Below are positions 11,904-26,000 of a stretch of DNA of 64,000 nucleotides, piece by piece (positions within the stretch are counted from its first letter, which is position 1; each line of letters starts with the position of its first letter). The notes beneath the pieces are model-generated. The model searched no databases and was not told the origin of the DNA. It was given only the letters and a program-made list of their open reading frames with translations. The stretch is taken from the NCBI GenBank assembly GCA_963924565.1, contig OZ004612.1:32922001-32986000 (forward strand). Direction: 5' to 3'. The position numbers and the translations under genes were made by a program. This stretch comes from Ascidiella aspersa. Lineage: Eukaryota.

Positions 11904-14049
11904 TCCTATAACATTAAATCGTGGTATTATTAGTGCCACAAAATTATTTACAATTTTAACTCAATGATAAATCACAAAAAGCTAAGAAGCACTTCTCTAA
12001 ACAAACCTGTGATGCAGTGTTTTTCTCAGGTTTTCATCTTTAGGTGAAGTTATCCATGTGGTAATTAATTGCTTGGTTGGATCATTGGTTTATTTGATGC
12101 ATTCACGGTGAGCAAAAATCTTCAAGTTTACAGATTTTTGTCACATATATTATCATGCTTAGCTTTACACGATTATAGGGTCAAATTATCAGCTTACCTT
12201 CAGCCTAAACCGAGTAAAAAATGTAACCAATTTAGTAGTGTTTTTAATAAACTGAAGTTTAGAAAAGTTGCATTTCACTTTTAGTTACTAAAGCACAGTT
12301 TTAGATTTTTCAAATGTCAGGGTGTCTGTGTCAATAAATTAGTGTTCAGTTTTGAGACTGCTGCAAAAAAACACAAATTAGTTACGACTTCCCCAAATCT
12401 TGTGCAAAAGTAGTTTAATTTCCAATTTATTGTTAAAATTTTGCACTCGCCCGCTCGCTAAAAGGTGAAATTAGTTCGAGACGAGAGATGATTAAAAGCA
12501 ACTGGCCCGACTGCCAAGAGGCATAACTATAAATTATTTGCAGACAAAATTTTTCTTAAAGAAAAGCATTAAACTTATTAAATGGTCAAGTAAGCCATTA
12601 AGACTGGCAATACAATAAACTATGTAACAACATTTTTTGGTGAATTTTTATTCATCTGGGTAGAGTTTGCATTTCACTTCGAGATCTCAGGTGTGCAATT
12701 GATATTATGCACATCGAGGTTTGAAATGTTACAGAAATTCAACCTTTATTAGTTTCTTTATTTAGTTTGCAATTTTAATTTGACGACTGGTTTCGTCATT
12801 TACTTTTCTATTTGCATGTGTGTTGTAATTAAGCGTGGATGGGGAAAACAATAAAACTTGAAACTTGGTTTCGTTACTATACTTATCCCAGACCAGCGCC
12901 GAGCTGTTTAATCTGTAGTTTTGCTTTTCTTACAGAACTGCATGGAGCTATTTCAAACACAACTTACGTTTCGTTTTCGTTGACGAAGAAACAAGATTTT
13001 TTTATTTTCGACAAATCAGAACTTGCAACCTCTCATCCGATATTAACACTGACCTCTAAACTACAACCTCTCATCCGAAATCAAGTGCTATTAAAAAAAA
13101 TTAAAACGAAATTGAAAACTTACTTTAATACTTTAGTTTGGATTTGTTTTAAAAAATCTAAATAGATTATTAATATCCCCAGCATTGATTTTGTGCGAAT
13201 AAATGGCGTTAATATCGACATCCCGGTTTGCTCTACCGCTGCCTAGCGGCCAGATATTTTAGCGATACATACCACTAGCGTTTAAATGTATATATGTATA
13301 TTTACAAAGTCCTGTTAACATAAATTGCCCCAAGTAAAAGGACGGATTCAGAAAGACAAAGCCATGCTATTTTAATGTTTTACTGAGTAATACTGCTGTT
13401 GTATCGTAGTAAATAAATCCATAACTTGAAATCTATACAAAATAAGCTCATTTTTTGAGGTTAACTGTTTTTGTGAAACCATACTGTTGGGCGAATGGAT
13501 CACAACTTATTTCCAAACTCCTACCGATACTTGAGAGGCAGCAGAATTGATGAACCTTACGGCCTTTCGCTGCCGCCTTGGAACACCAATTTGTTTCTAA
13601 TTAATTAGCGTATATTTTGCTTTAAGACTTTATGCAAGTTAAGCTTTCAAATTTTTTACCCATTTAACGTTGAATATTTATTATTACAAAACTTGATGTT
13701 TGACATTTTTATTTCGTTGAATTTGAAATGTAATTGGCGAAATGTGAAGAATTGCGGAGCATAAATGAAACGTAAATGAATTGTTCTAATAATCACTTTA
13801 CAAAACAATTAAGAGCATAAAAAATAAGCGTCATTAAAAACTCCACTTTATAAAGAGCGGCTCAAAAACAATCAGTCCCCTATCAAAATAAAATCACAAA
13901 CTAAAGAAGCGAAGATGTTTTCTGACTTGTTTTAACAATTGCCTTTTACGTGGTACCGCGATCCACAAACAACTCTGGTTGAAAAGCAACGAAAACAAAA
14001 ATTTCCCGCGCAAAGTTCCCGCCAAGCCGGCCACGTGTTGAGTCACGTG

Positions 14050-17000
14050 CTAGTCCAAGTAGCCAATCACGATGACGGTGAGGCTTTCGATCATGAGGCA
14101 GACTCCGACAGCTCCAAGCACCAAGGCTGAGATCTTCTTGGGAGATGAAATCTTCCGAGGATCAAGTTTGAGGAAGAAGATGCAGGGGAGAACGAAAACC
14201 AACATCGTGGACGCCGTCGCGCCTGCAACAATCAGGTCATTGTCACAAACAATCAGACATAGAATTGTGAAATAGCGTGCGATTAAATCGTAAAAACCCA
14301 AGTTGATACAGATGCAGTAAGAACCTACTTTGTGTATTTATTTAAAGTCAGCATTTTTAACAATAAAGATTTAAATGAAATTAATGAATCTTGCAGTCAA
14401 GATAAAAATAAATAATATTTCCTAAATGATTTTTATTTGTCAGTTGATTACACTCTTTATCACACATAAGTGACGATGTACGACAGAAAAATGAAAATAC
14501 TAAAGCGGTGTGACGTAGTAGGTATGACGCAACCAATTACCGATGATGCCGAACACTTCTCTGATGCTTGGGACGAAGATGACGAGAATATTGATGAAGG
14601 TGAGAAGAAAGAACATTATCCCGAGGTGAATCGCCCAAGAGAAGTCGCGGTTCGGAAACAACAAGAAGGTGAGGGCCTTGCGCGCCTACAAAACACACAC
14701 ACCAGAGTGAGGTTTGGTGGCGATTACAGGGGAACACACACTAGAGTGAGGTTTGGAGTCGATTACAGGGGAACACACACTAGAGTGAGCTTTGGTGTCG
14801 ATTACAGGGGAACACACACATCAGAGTGAGGTTTGGTGGCGATTACAGGGGAACACACACACAAGAGTGAGGTTTGGTGGCGATTACAGGGGAACACACA
14901 CTAGAGTGAGCTTTGGTGTCGATTTCAGGGGAACACACACTAGAGTGAGGTTTGGTGGCGATTACAGGGGAACACACACTAGAGTGAGCTTTGGTGTCGA
15001 TTTCAGGGGAACACACACACCAGAGTGAGGTTTGGCGGCGATTAAAGGGGAACACACACTAGAGTGAGCTTTGGTGTCGATTTCAGGGGAACACACACAC
15101 CAGAGTGAGGTTTGGTGGCGATTACAGGGGAACACACACTAGAGTGAGCTTTGGTGTCGATTTCAGGGGAACACACACACCAGAGTGAGGTTTGGCGGCG
15201 ATTACAGGGGAACACACACCAGAGTGAGCTTTGGTAGCGATTACAGGGGAACACACACCAGAGTGAGGTTTGGCGGCGATTACAGGGGAACACACACCAG
15301 AGTGAGCTTTGGTGGCGATTACAGGGGAACACACACTAGAGTGAGCTTTGGTGTCGATTTCAGGGGAACACACACACCAGAGTGAGGTTTGGCGGCGATT
15401 AAAGGGGAACACACACTAGAGTGAGCTTTGGTGTCGATTTCAGGGGAACACACACACCAGAGTGAGGTTTGGTGGCGATTACAGGGGAACACACACTAGA
15501 GTGAGCTTTGGTGTCGATTTCAGGGGAACACACACACCAGAGTGAGGTTTGGTGGCGATTACAGGGGAACACACACTAGAGTGAGGTTTGGAGTCGATTA
15601 CAGGGGAACACACACTAGAGTGAGCTTTGGTGTCGATTACAGGGGAACACACACTAGAGTGAGCTTTGGTGTCGATTTCAGGGAAACACACACACCAGAG
15701 TGAGGTTTGGTGGCGATTACAGGGGAACACACACTAGAGTGAGGTTTGGTGTCGATTACAGGGGAACACACACTAGAGTGAGGTTTGGTGGCGATTACAG
15801 GGGAACACACACTAGAGTGAGCTTTGGTGTCGATTTCAGGGGAACACACACACCAGAGTGAGGTTTGGCGGCGATTAAAGGGGAACACACACTAGAGTGA
15901 GCTTTGGTGTCGATTTCAGGGGAACACACACACCAGAGTGAGGTTTGGTGGCGATTACAGGGGAACACACACTAGAGTGAGCTTTGGTGTCGATTTCAGG
16001 GGAACACACACACCAGAGTGAGGTTTGGCGGCGATTAAAGGGGAACACACACTAGAGTGAGCTTTGGTGTCGATTTCAGGGGAACACACACACCAGAGTG
16101 AGGTTTGGCGGCAATTACAGAGGAACACACACACCAGAGTGAGGTTTGGCGGCGATTACAGGGGAACACACACACTAGAGTGAGGTTTGGTGGCAATTAC
16201 AGGAAAACACAGACACCAGAGTAAGGCTTGGTAGCAATTACAAGGAACACACACATCAGAGTGAGGTTTGGTGGCGATTACAGGGGAACACACACTAGAG
16301 TGAGCTTTGGTGTCGATTTCAGGGGAACACACACACCAGAGTGAGGTTTGGCGGCGATTACAGGGGAACACACACTAGAGTGAGCTTTGGTGTCGATTTC
16401 AGGGGAACATACACACTAGAGTGAGGTTTGGTGGCGATTACAGGGGAACACACACACCAGAGTGAGCTTTGGTGTCGATTTCAGGGGAACACACATACCA
16501 GAGTGAGCTTTGGCGGCAATTACAGGGGAACACACACACCAGAGTGAGGTTTGGCGGCGATTACAGGGCAACACACATCAGAGTGAGGTATGGTGGTGAT
16601 TACAGGGGAACACACATCAGAGTGAGGTATGGTGGTGATTAAAGGGGAACATACACACCAGAGTGAGGTTTGGTGGCGATTACAGGGGAACACACATCAG
16701 AGTGAGGTATGGTGGTGATTACAAGGAACATTTCGTAGCGATTTCAGGGGAACACACACACCAGAGTGAGGTTTGGTGGCGATTAAAGGGGAACATACAC
16801 ACCAGAGTGAGGTATAGTAGTGATTCTAAACACTTAAGATATTTTTTGAATACTTTAACACCTACCGGGAAATGCGTCAGGGGCACGGTTAGGATGACGG
16901 CGAATAGAACTGTGAGTCTGACGATCAAAGTCAAGATGTCACCGGGGTCGCTCAAACTGTACATCAGCAACATCTCAGCCTCCATCCAATCTAAGCAAAG

Positions 17001-20000
17001 ATGACGTCATATAGCAATGTGACGTCACACAGTAGTCAGGGTCACTCACTGTAGAAGGTGAGGTATCCGAAGAGGGCAGCCAGTGAGTAGAGAGCGAAGC
17101 AGAATCCGATCGAAGTGTTGGCGACTTTCTGCATCCGAGCAGCTGAGGGTCTGGGAAACAAGATGTTTGTAACAACAAGATGTTTGAAACAACAAGATGT
17201 TTGTAACAACAAGATGTTTGTAACAACAAGATGTTTGTAACAACAAGATGTTTGTAACAACAAGATGTTTGAAACAACAAGATGTTTGAAACAACAAGAT
17301 GTTTGAAACAACAAGATGTTTGTAACAACAAGATGTTTGTAACAACAAGATGTTTGTAACAACAAGATGTTTGTAACAACAAGATGTTTGTAACAACAAG
17401 ATGTTTGAAACAACAAGATGTTTGTAACAACAAGATGTTTGTAACAACAAGATGTTTGTAACAACAAGATGTTTGAAACAACAAGATGTTTGTAACAACA
17501 AGATGTTTGAAACAACAAGATGTTTGTAACAACAAGATGTTTGAAACAACAAGATGTTTGTAACAACAAGATGTTTGAAACAACAGGGGTTCAGCGGGTA
17601 TATGGAGGATTGAGCTACATCGTGTGTTTAATTTAAGTGTTCTGGTGGACCGAATCTGCCTTTCAAGTTTTGACAGTTCCACAAAATATAGCTTACTTGT
17701 GTGCGGCTAGTAAAGCAAGGATTAGCAGTTAGCCTTTGTAAGAGATTACCAAAGCTCATTCTTAACAAAACTGCACATTCACACCTTCAGGTTTCAGGTT
17801 GAAGAGATTTGTTAAATCGCTACATCTTATTAAATCACCCTAAAGGTTAATAATTACCTTGGAAACAAAAACAAGGATCGTATAATGCTTGTTTTAAACA
17901 CCAAAGAAAAAACAGCAGGTTTTCTGAGCGTATGACTGGATAGAAATTTCACAACTTTAATGAAAACCAGCAAGTAAAACACCAATCTTTAAGTTGTTTC
18001 TCACCTCTTTAGTTCTGCGTAGATTGGAAGCACCGCTGTGTGACAAACGAAAGAGAACGTCATAGTAGGGATCGAGTACGCCCACTGTTAACAAACAACA
18101 CATTAACATATGTGTGTGACGTCACAATCAATACAACTGCCAAATTTTTAAGCATAAAATCTGCTCTCCTTGTACTTTATTTTATGATCCCACATTCCAA
18201 CTCATCGGATTCAGTGGGAACACACAAAACAAGTGATATGAACCAAATGTGCACTTCAAGATTTGATTCTAATTGTATTTATAGTTTACAAGAATTAATT
18301 CGCTGAGGGTTTTGCTAACTGACTCTTAAAATATCTATGCTTCAGTTTAAAAAAGTCATTTTGAAATTACTTTTCAGTCTAGTTAATGCAAGTCATTGAC
18401 TTAAGTCCTTACGAACTGTGATGTTCACATTTCCCAACGTATAAAAAGTATAGGTTTCTTAGATTAGAGCAGTGGTTCTTAACCAGGGTTCGATCGAACC
18501 CTTGGGGTTCAACGCAGCTGTTTCAAGGGTTCGGCGAGAACGTCCTTGAAACATAAATGCTGTTATTTCAACCTAAATTCGAATATCTTTTATGCGCCAA
18601 GGTGCCATGTAACGTTATAAATTGAAAGTTCAGCCAAATTAACCTATGTAAATGCAAGTTTATAATTTGATGAAACGAATATTAAGCGAACATTTGGGAT
18701 TCGACGAAAGCTTGCAGAATGACATAGAGGTTCGACAGGTTACCAAAAGTCAAGAACCACTGGACTAGAGGAAAACTAAAAACAGCGTAATCACTGACCC
18801 GTGACGTGAACGCGAACGGTTCCGCTTGACAGACTTGCTCGCCGAACACTTCGTACAATTCCTCCGCTCGCTTCTCCATGGCAACCTGCATTGCGTCACT
18901 CTCGTTGTGTGACGTCAGGTTGTTGTACGTTGACGTCACCAACTCCGTCACGATCAGACCCGCCGATGACGTGACGTTATCGTCGTAGTGTGACGTCACA
19001 TTGCTGTGCATTGTCGAGTTGTCGTGTTCGAACAATGACTGGTCGAACAATGGACAAGGGATCTGGAACTTCTTGACAATGACCTGATTCAACAATAGAT
19101 GTTTATTACGTCACACATAGCATTTGTTCAATATGAAGATAAACGAGGGTTGATCGAAGTTAAGCCCACAATATTTTTGGAGCATTTAGTAAATGATATA
19201 ACCATGATATAACGACACGTTACTTTCATAAAGGTTTGAATTGATCGATTTGAGTAGTTTCTTGCCATTACAACAATTAGATCACTTGGATTGGAATATT
19301 CTCGCCTACTGAAGTCAAATTTCAGCGGGGTTTATGTTTGGTAGTGGGGAATCATGTTTTCATGTTGATAACGACTCACCACTCCTGTGAAGAAAAACAT
19401 GCACGATATTGAAAATCCGCTCGTGTATCCCAAGAACCCGATGTTCTTTAGGGTCGCCAGGGGCATCACTATTGTCAACGTCACAATAACAACAAGGTAG
19501 TCCCCGTTGATGTACCAAGACCTGTGACGTAACAAACAAGTTTCGGGAGCTTTCCCACTTTATTGATGACGTAGTTCACACTTTATTGATGACAAGGTCA
19601 AAGGACGGTTGGGGTGAGTCAGCGTAAAGCAACTTAAGTTCGGGAAACTGTGGCGTATTTTAAATGTTCGATTTACAGTTACAACGGATGACGTTTTAAT
19701 GCCACGCCTGAATCTTGCCAAAAATAAATAATTAACCAATATAAAATGTGCTTAACCACTTGAACAAATTTTATTTGCAAAATATCTATGAATGAAAAGC
19801 ATGTAATTAACCCTAACCCTAGCAAGATATTGTGGATTTCAGGTTGTACCAGGTATTGCGCAACATCTGACGTCACGCATCCCCTCTGACGTCACTCACC
19901 CGTCATTCTCCGACATTCCTGCCAGCGTCATAAGCACGTTCGGGAGTTCGTACTTTACGATGAAGAGGTAGCTGCTCATCGCCCCGATGTTCTGAAGCAA

Positions 20001-23000
20001 GATGCAGCAAGCAGCAGTGATCTGCGGGGTTACTGAAGGTCAGTAGGGGTATTTGGGGCTACTCCAGGTCAGCAGGGTAATTAGGGGTTACTCCAGGTCA
20101 GCAGGGTAATTAGGGGTTACTACAGGTCAGCAGGGCAATTAGGGGTTACTACAGGTCAGCAGGGTAATTAGGGGTTACTACAGGTCAGTAGGGGTATTAG
20201 GGGTTACTACAGGTCATTAGGGTAATTAGGGGTTTTCTACAAGTCAGTAGGGGTATTAGGGGTTACTCCAGGTGAGCAGGGGTTTCAGGGGTTACTACAG
20301 GTCAGTAGGGGTAATTCGGGGTTGCTCTAGGTCAGTAGGGTCATTAGGGTAATTAGGAGTTACTACAGCTCAGTCGGGTATTTGGGGGTACTACAGGTCA
20401 GTAGGGATATTAGGGGTTACTCCAGGTCATTAGGGATATTAGGGGTTACTCCAGGTCAGTCGGGGTATTTAGGGTTACTACCGGTAAGTAGAGGTATAAG
20501 GGGTTACTACAGGTCAGTGGGGATATTAGGGTTTACTACAGGTCAGTAGGGGTTTTAAGTCAGTGGGGTTAACATGTTAGAGGTTATTACAGGTCATTAG
20601 GGGTTTTAGGGGTTATTACAGGTCACTAGGGGTATTTGGGGTTACTACAGGTCAGTAGGGGTATTAGGGGTTACTACAGGTCAGTAAGGGTGTTAGGGTT
20701 TACTACAGATCAGTAAGTTTATGAAGGGTTACTATAGGTCAGTAAGGTTATTGAGGGTTATTAAAGGTCAGTTGGGTTAACTATTGAATTTTAAAAGGAC
20801 CAACTGAACAACATTTTTGGAGCATTGGTGCAAAGTGCTTTGGATGTGTATGTTGAGTACAAGTTGTGGTTGACGCACATTTCGACACGCATGAATTAAC
20901 ACACATAGAAACCTTAACATCATTCGCACTCTCGGTGTTTCCCCGCTCACGTCTGCGGCTTAAATGCGCGTTGCGCGTAAGAACAATGGGTAACAATGCT
21001 GCGGTTGTTTACTTAGACAACAATTGTGGGATTGTGATTCGCGCGAAGTTATTGTTTGTTTTGATGCTCGATGCGTACAAACGTTGATAAATATTTATTG
21101 TGATCTCACAAGTTACTCCATTGTAATGCACCTCGATGCTGAGCTTGCCAAACTAGCCCTGGTGCGTTGTTTCTAGTTTTACATGCAACGAAACCTTTCG
21201 CACAAAAAGAGCCTCCCAGACGTGACACGCGATAAACAATGTTTTTTTAAGGGTGTTGCAAAACAATATTGGGGAACCACCGTTGTAAGTTAACCCAACT
21301 ATACTGTTGTGTGTTTTAGGAGACCTGAATAACTTCCAAACCCTGTTATACGAGAAACCTCAATTACCGAACTTTTATGACAAGCAAGATAAAATACCAA
21401 ACTTTAAATGACATAAATTAAGCTCGAAATAACTGCTGTTGTTTAGAACTCAAAATATGATGGGACTTTAATCAGTCCAGAATAACAAAGTATAAAGTGT
21501 TTTTATAACATTCAGGAAACAGCGACAATGGCGACGGCGAGATTGCATCGTTCAAACAATCGCAAACAATCGATTTCCGCGCGAAACCTGGCATTTTCCC
21601 TTGTTGTTGTTTATGACATCATAGGTAAATATTTTCGCAATAATTGAGTTATTGTGGCGTGATTAAGGGAGCAATACCCTTAAATCAGGGGGTGATATTT
21701 GTGTTGGTGCTCAACGTCCATTGTTCCACGAGCAATAATTCGAGTCGTAAAAGACGTAAAAGGCGTTTTAATGTTGCGGTGAAATAATTAGGTTTGCGAT
21801 GTTGTAAACTGGGAGGCGGCAAGTGCTGCGGGTTTCTGGTAACATTTGTAAATTGAAAGCCAAGTGATTTATTTGTGGTCGGCAGATCTAGCGGGATATT
21901 TTAAATTTTGTTTCGAATTTTATCGAAGTAACTAATTTAAAAAAAAACCCTAAAACAAACACGTCACAGATCACGTGACGTAACATGATGGTCTGCGGGA
22001 ACACTGTCATGTTGGTGGCCACCGGTGTAAATATGAACAACCACCACATAACAGCCCCACTAACGTTCCACTCACCCTTCCAGGAAGTCCGAACGCGTTG
22101 AAGCCAAGTTTCTCGTAAGCCTTCACTCCTGTCTGGTCGCAAAGTATTAGGAGGAAGTGGATCGAGTAGAGAGCCACGATCGCCACCAGAACCATCATGA
22201 TGCTGCAATATAAACCACAGTTACACCAGAACCATCATGATGCTGCAATATAAACCACAGTTACACCAGAACCATCATAATGCTGCAATATAAACCACAG
22301 TTACACCAGAACCATCATGATGCTGCAATATAAACCACAGTTACACCAGAACCATCATAATGCTGCAATATAAACCACAGTTACACCAGAACCATCATAA
22401 TGCTGCAATATAAACCACAGTTACTATAAAGTTATCACCAAACTAGATCGGTACTTTTGTCATTGAATTTCAAATAATTTAGTAAATAAGCTGAAACACT
22501 TTGGGGAGTAAGGAATCTCCCGCAGACAATGAAATGTAAAAGAAACACACCTGCTTTCGTATCAGGTGATCTTAACAATAAATTATCTTTTTTTGGTTTA
22601 TTTACCGTGGCCGGAAACTTTATCCTGGCTTTACTCTGTTTATTCTTAATACAAAATATATTTTTAGGCTCAAGTCACTTTCCAAGTATTTATGGCAATT
22701 TATTTCTATAATTTGCTTATTTCTATAATTTGCGCATATTTTTTACTACAGTGTTTTAACAAATACTAAAATGTGCCTTTTCTATAAAACGTGCCTTTTT
22801 GGTGTGTTGTACAACTAAGACCAACTAAGTACAATTGTTGGAAGCTATTAATAATACTTTGGCAGTTTGACAATTTTAAACCAAATTAATTCGCTGGACG
22901 TACTTAGTAAAAGCTTGCATTAAATAATTACTGGCAATAGTGAACTATTACATAACCACAGAGCGACGTGTTTGTTTATTAGCAGATGGTAACCTCGTGT

Positions 23001-26000
23001 ACTCACTGCCCTGTTACTCACAAGAAGGTCACCACCCCGAGTTGAGCCATGGCATAAGCAAGCCCAAGTATCCCGGATCCGAGGATCGCGTTCATGAGGT
23101 TGAAGACGCTGATGGAAAAAGATGCAGATGCACCGTCTGGTTCCTGGTGGTAAACACTCATCTTACGCTGGCTGTCCGTCAGCGGCTGCAACATACAACA
23201 ACCATAGATGGTGGGTGTACACCAAGTGTGTGTACATCTGGATTCTAGAGTGTGTTAATCTGGAAGCAATGTACACTAATATCCGATCTGAGCCGATACC
23301 TGATGTCGAGTGGTATTATAGGTACTCGCCAGGTGCTAGAGCGGTACCCGATCCAAATTAATATAAGAATTTCAGTCATGATTTGCGATTCAACACAGAG
23401 ATTCCACATTAAAAAGTAAGTTTATAAAAATAGTGAGGTTAAGGAACTGTTGCTGTTGCCTAGGGATGACCGATAATATCGGATCGCAGCCGATACCTAT
23501 ATTTTAAGTTGGAGTATCGGTCACCGTCCGATACAAATTACCATAAGATTTGGTTAACACCAGCATCGGAACGGGCATCATTCTGTCTGTGCCACCTATG
23601 TTTGGACGACAAGGTTAGTGCTCACAGAATAACATTATAATAAAACCTTAAATATTTAGTTTGGCTTGTACCTGTCTACTTGAGTTTTCCATTAACTAAG
23701 TTGTTCGATGACGTTTGGGAAGTTTCAGACGAATATAAATAAAACCTTTTAAATTAAGGATTGTTTACGCAAATGCGTTAGACAAATTCCCCTGAGTATT
23801 AATTTTACAGCCACTATATTTAAATTGGGGGTAACCCTGCCTTTACCAGAGGAATAAACCGCCACTTTACAACCTGGATCCGTTATTATTTTACCACCCA
23901 AGTGTTTTATTGCCACAAGCCTCTTGTTAAACAGTTTAGTTTCTTCATAAAACCAACAGACAAACCTACAGGTAACTTTACGAATATAAAGCTTACATAA
24001 AGATGATTCGTGTATACACAAAGTATATAGCTTTACAGCAGGGGAGGGCAATTATTTTTGACAGGTCACACATATTTTGAAGGACCAGAGTAAACGGGGA
24101 TGCAAAATACACATAATGTTGCGTGTGATCTCTTTGGAAAGAAAGCTGTTCGAAGTAGGAATAAGTTAGGATGCCTAACGAGTGTCACTTGTTTATCAGC
24201 ATATTCTAAAATCGAGAATAAAAACGTAAAAGCCTATATGTGCTGTAAATTAGTTATGAAAAATGGTCCGCGGGATGGACTACAATGCTGGGCCGTGGTT
24301 TGTCCAGGTCTGTTCTATAGCACTAGGCATATACCAAACTTGAAATAGCCATCACTCTTTTGCCCATTACTATATACTCTTATTCTTCCGCATGGAAATC
24401 TTACGTTTAGTTTGAAATTGTTGCGTAACTTCGAATAAAAGGCGTTTTGCCGGTGAATTCCCAGGGGTAAGCAAAGGGTAGATGTTGTTATGTCAGGTTT
24501 ATGGCAATCATATATAGTTGTGGTATTTAAAAACATTTAGTAAAGCAATTTTCTGTGGTAATCTCAACTTCTTTCGGAAGTTTCCTAATTGTGCGGTAGA
24601 TTATGTGTTACCATTGTTTTATGTTGGTATTTGGGTTAATAGAGATAAGTTGTTGCAAAAAACAAGTTATATTTGTGGTTACTTTTGGCATGACAAGTTA
24701 CCATTTCAAACATCAAAAGTGCCACTAACATGTGTTTTTAAACGCTCGTTCTATGCGGGTGATATTCACCAGCTACAACCGAGCAGAGGCTTGTATGGCG
24801 CGTATACACTTGGTACCTGGGCCGAACATAACAACTTATTGTGTTTGTGACTTGGAGGTCCAAAGTGCGCAGTTTCGAGCTGAGCAAACAATAATTTCCC
24901 CCTCCCCCCCCCCCAGCTTCACAAGCAACAAACTGTTGCGAAACTTCGCTCGACCCGCCCTGGTGTTTGTGGTCGGTGTGATTATCGCGCCAACAATTAA
25001 AATAATTTACTCGGGGCAAGGTTAAACATTAACCCCAGCACCTCGACGTGGAACGTGCCAGTAAATCGCGCTGCTCATTGTGTTTTCGCGCAGGTGTTTG
25101 TGACGTGTACAATGGGGTCATTTTTCGGGTTTAATGAGCGATGGGCTTAAGTAGAGAATACACATTTGGTGATTCATGAACAAACATAAGGCTCAGTTCA
25201 CGTAACCCCGGGTATGAACAGGTGGCAACATATGGAAGGTATTTAACTTCATGTCACTAACTTGCTGCAATATCCCACCTTTGTGTCGCACAAGTGTAGT
25301 ATTTACCTTGGAACGTTAAAGACTACGAAGGAAAGCGCGAAATATTAACTTATTGACATAAACCTTATCACTTACCACTTATCAGGGATCAGATTTACAG
25401 TAAGTGCATTAACCATTAATTAAAAAAACAAACATTGAATAAACTACTAAATGTATAATCTACTTATAGGAATTTTATGTAAACGTGGGAAGAAGGTTTA
25501 GTTTGTGCTTTTACGAAGTTAAAAACGGCTAAAGATCAATTTTAAAATGTTTAATACTTTAGTAAACTTATGATATTTCGTTAACGTTTCACTACTGCCT
25601 AATGTATTGTGTTTTTGCCACTTCTATGAGTTTAGCATTTTTGCTCGTTTTTAAAATTCCATCTAGTGGTTGGTTAATAAATCTCATACGCGTGCTGTGA
25701 TTGGTTGATATACTTTACAGACGAGCTGTGATTGGCTCACCATTGTTGACATGCCGCCCACTGATTGGTTCCTGGGAATGAACACCTCACTCTCATCACG
25801 ATTCATGTTGGTTTCCTTGATGTCCCTTCGACACCAGGGGTCGTGCTGGTGCAGCTTCTGGTAGTTGCTATGACGACAAAACAACGTGTTACGTCATAAA
25901 TGGTTATACAGCTGGCAAGCACGTCACAATGGTTTAGACGGGGGTCAGTGACATTAATTATTATTTGTATCATCTTGAGCCCATCCTTCTCAGTGATTTA

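Noticed and set aside
14691-16822. CRISPR-like appearance of the regular repeats (also 56570-58118)
   Set aside because: Head-to-tail units with no unique spacers and no cas genes, inside eukaryotic introns
14470-17682. Long repetitive ORFs (GTHTRVRFG..., [11 protein letters not shown]..., up to 235 aa)
   Set aside because: Stop-poor translations of intronic minisatellites; the real exons inside are SLC38
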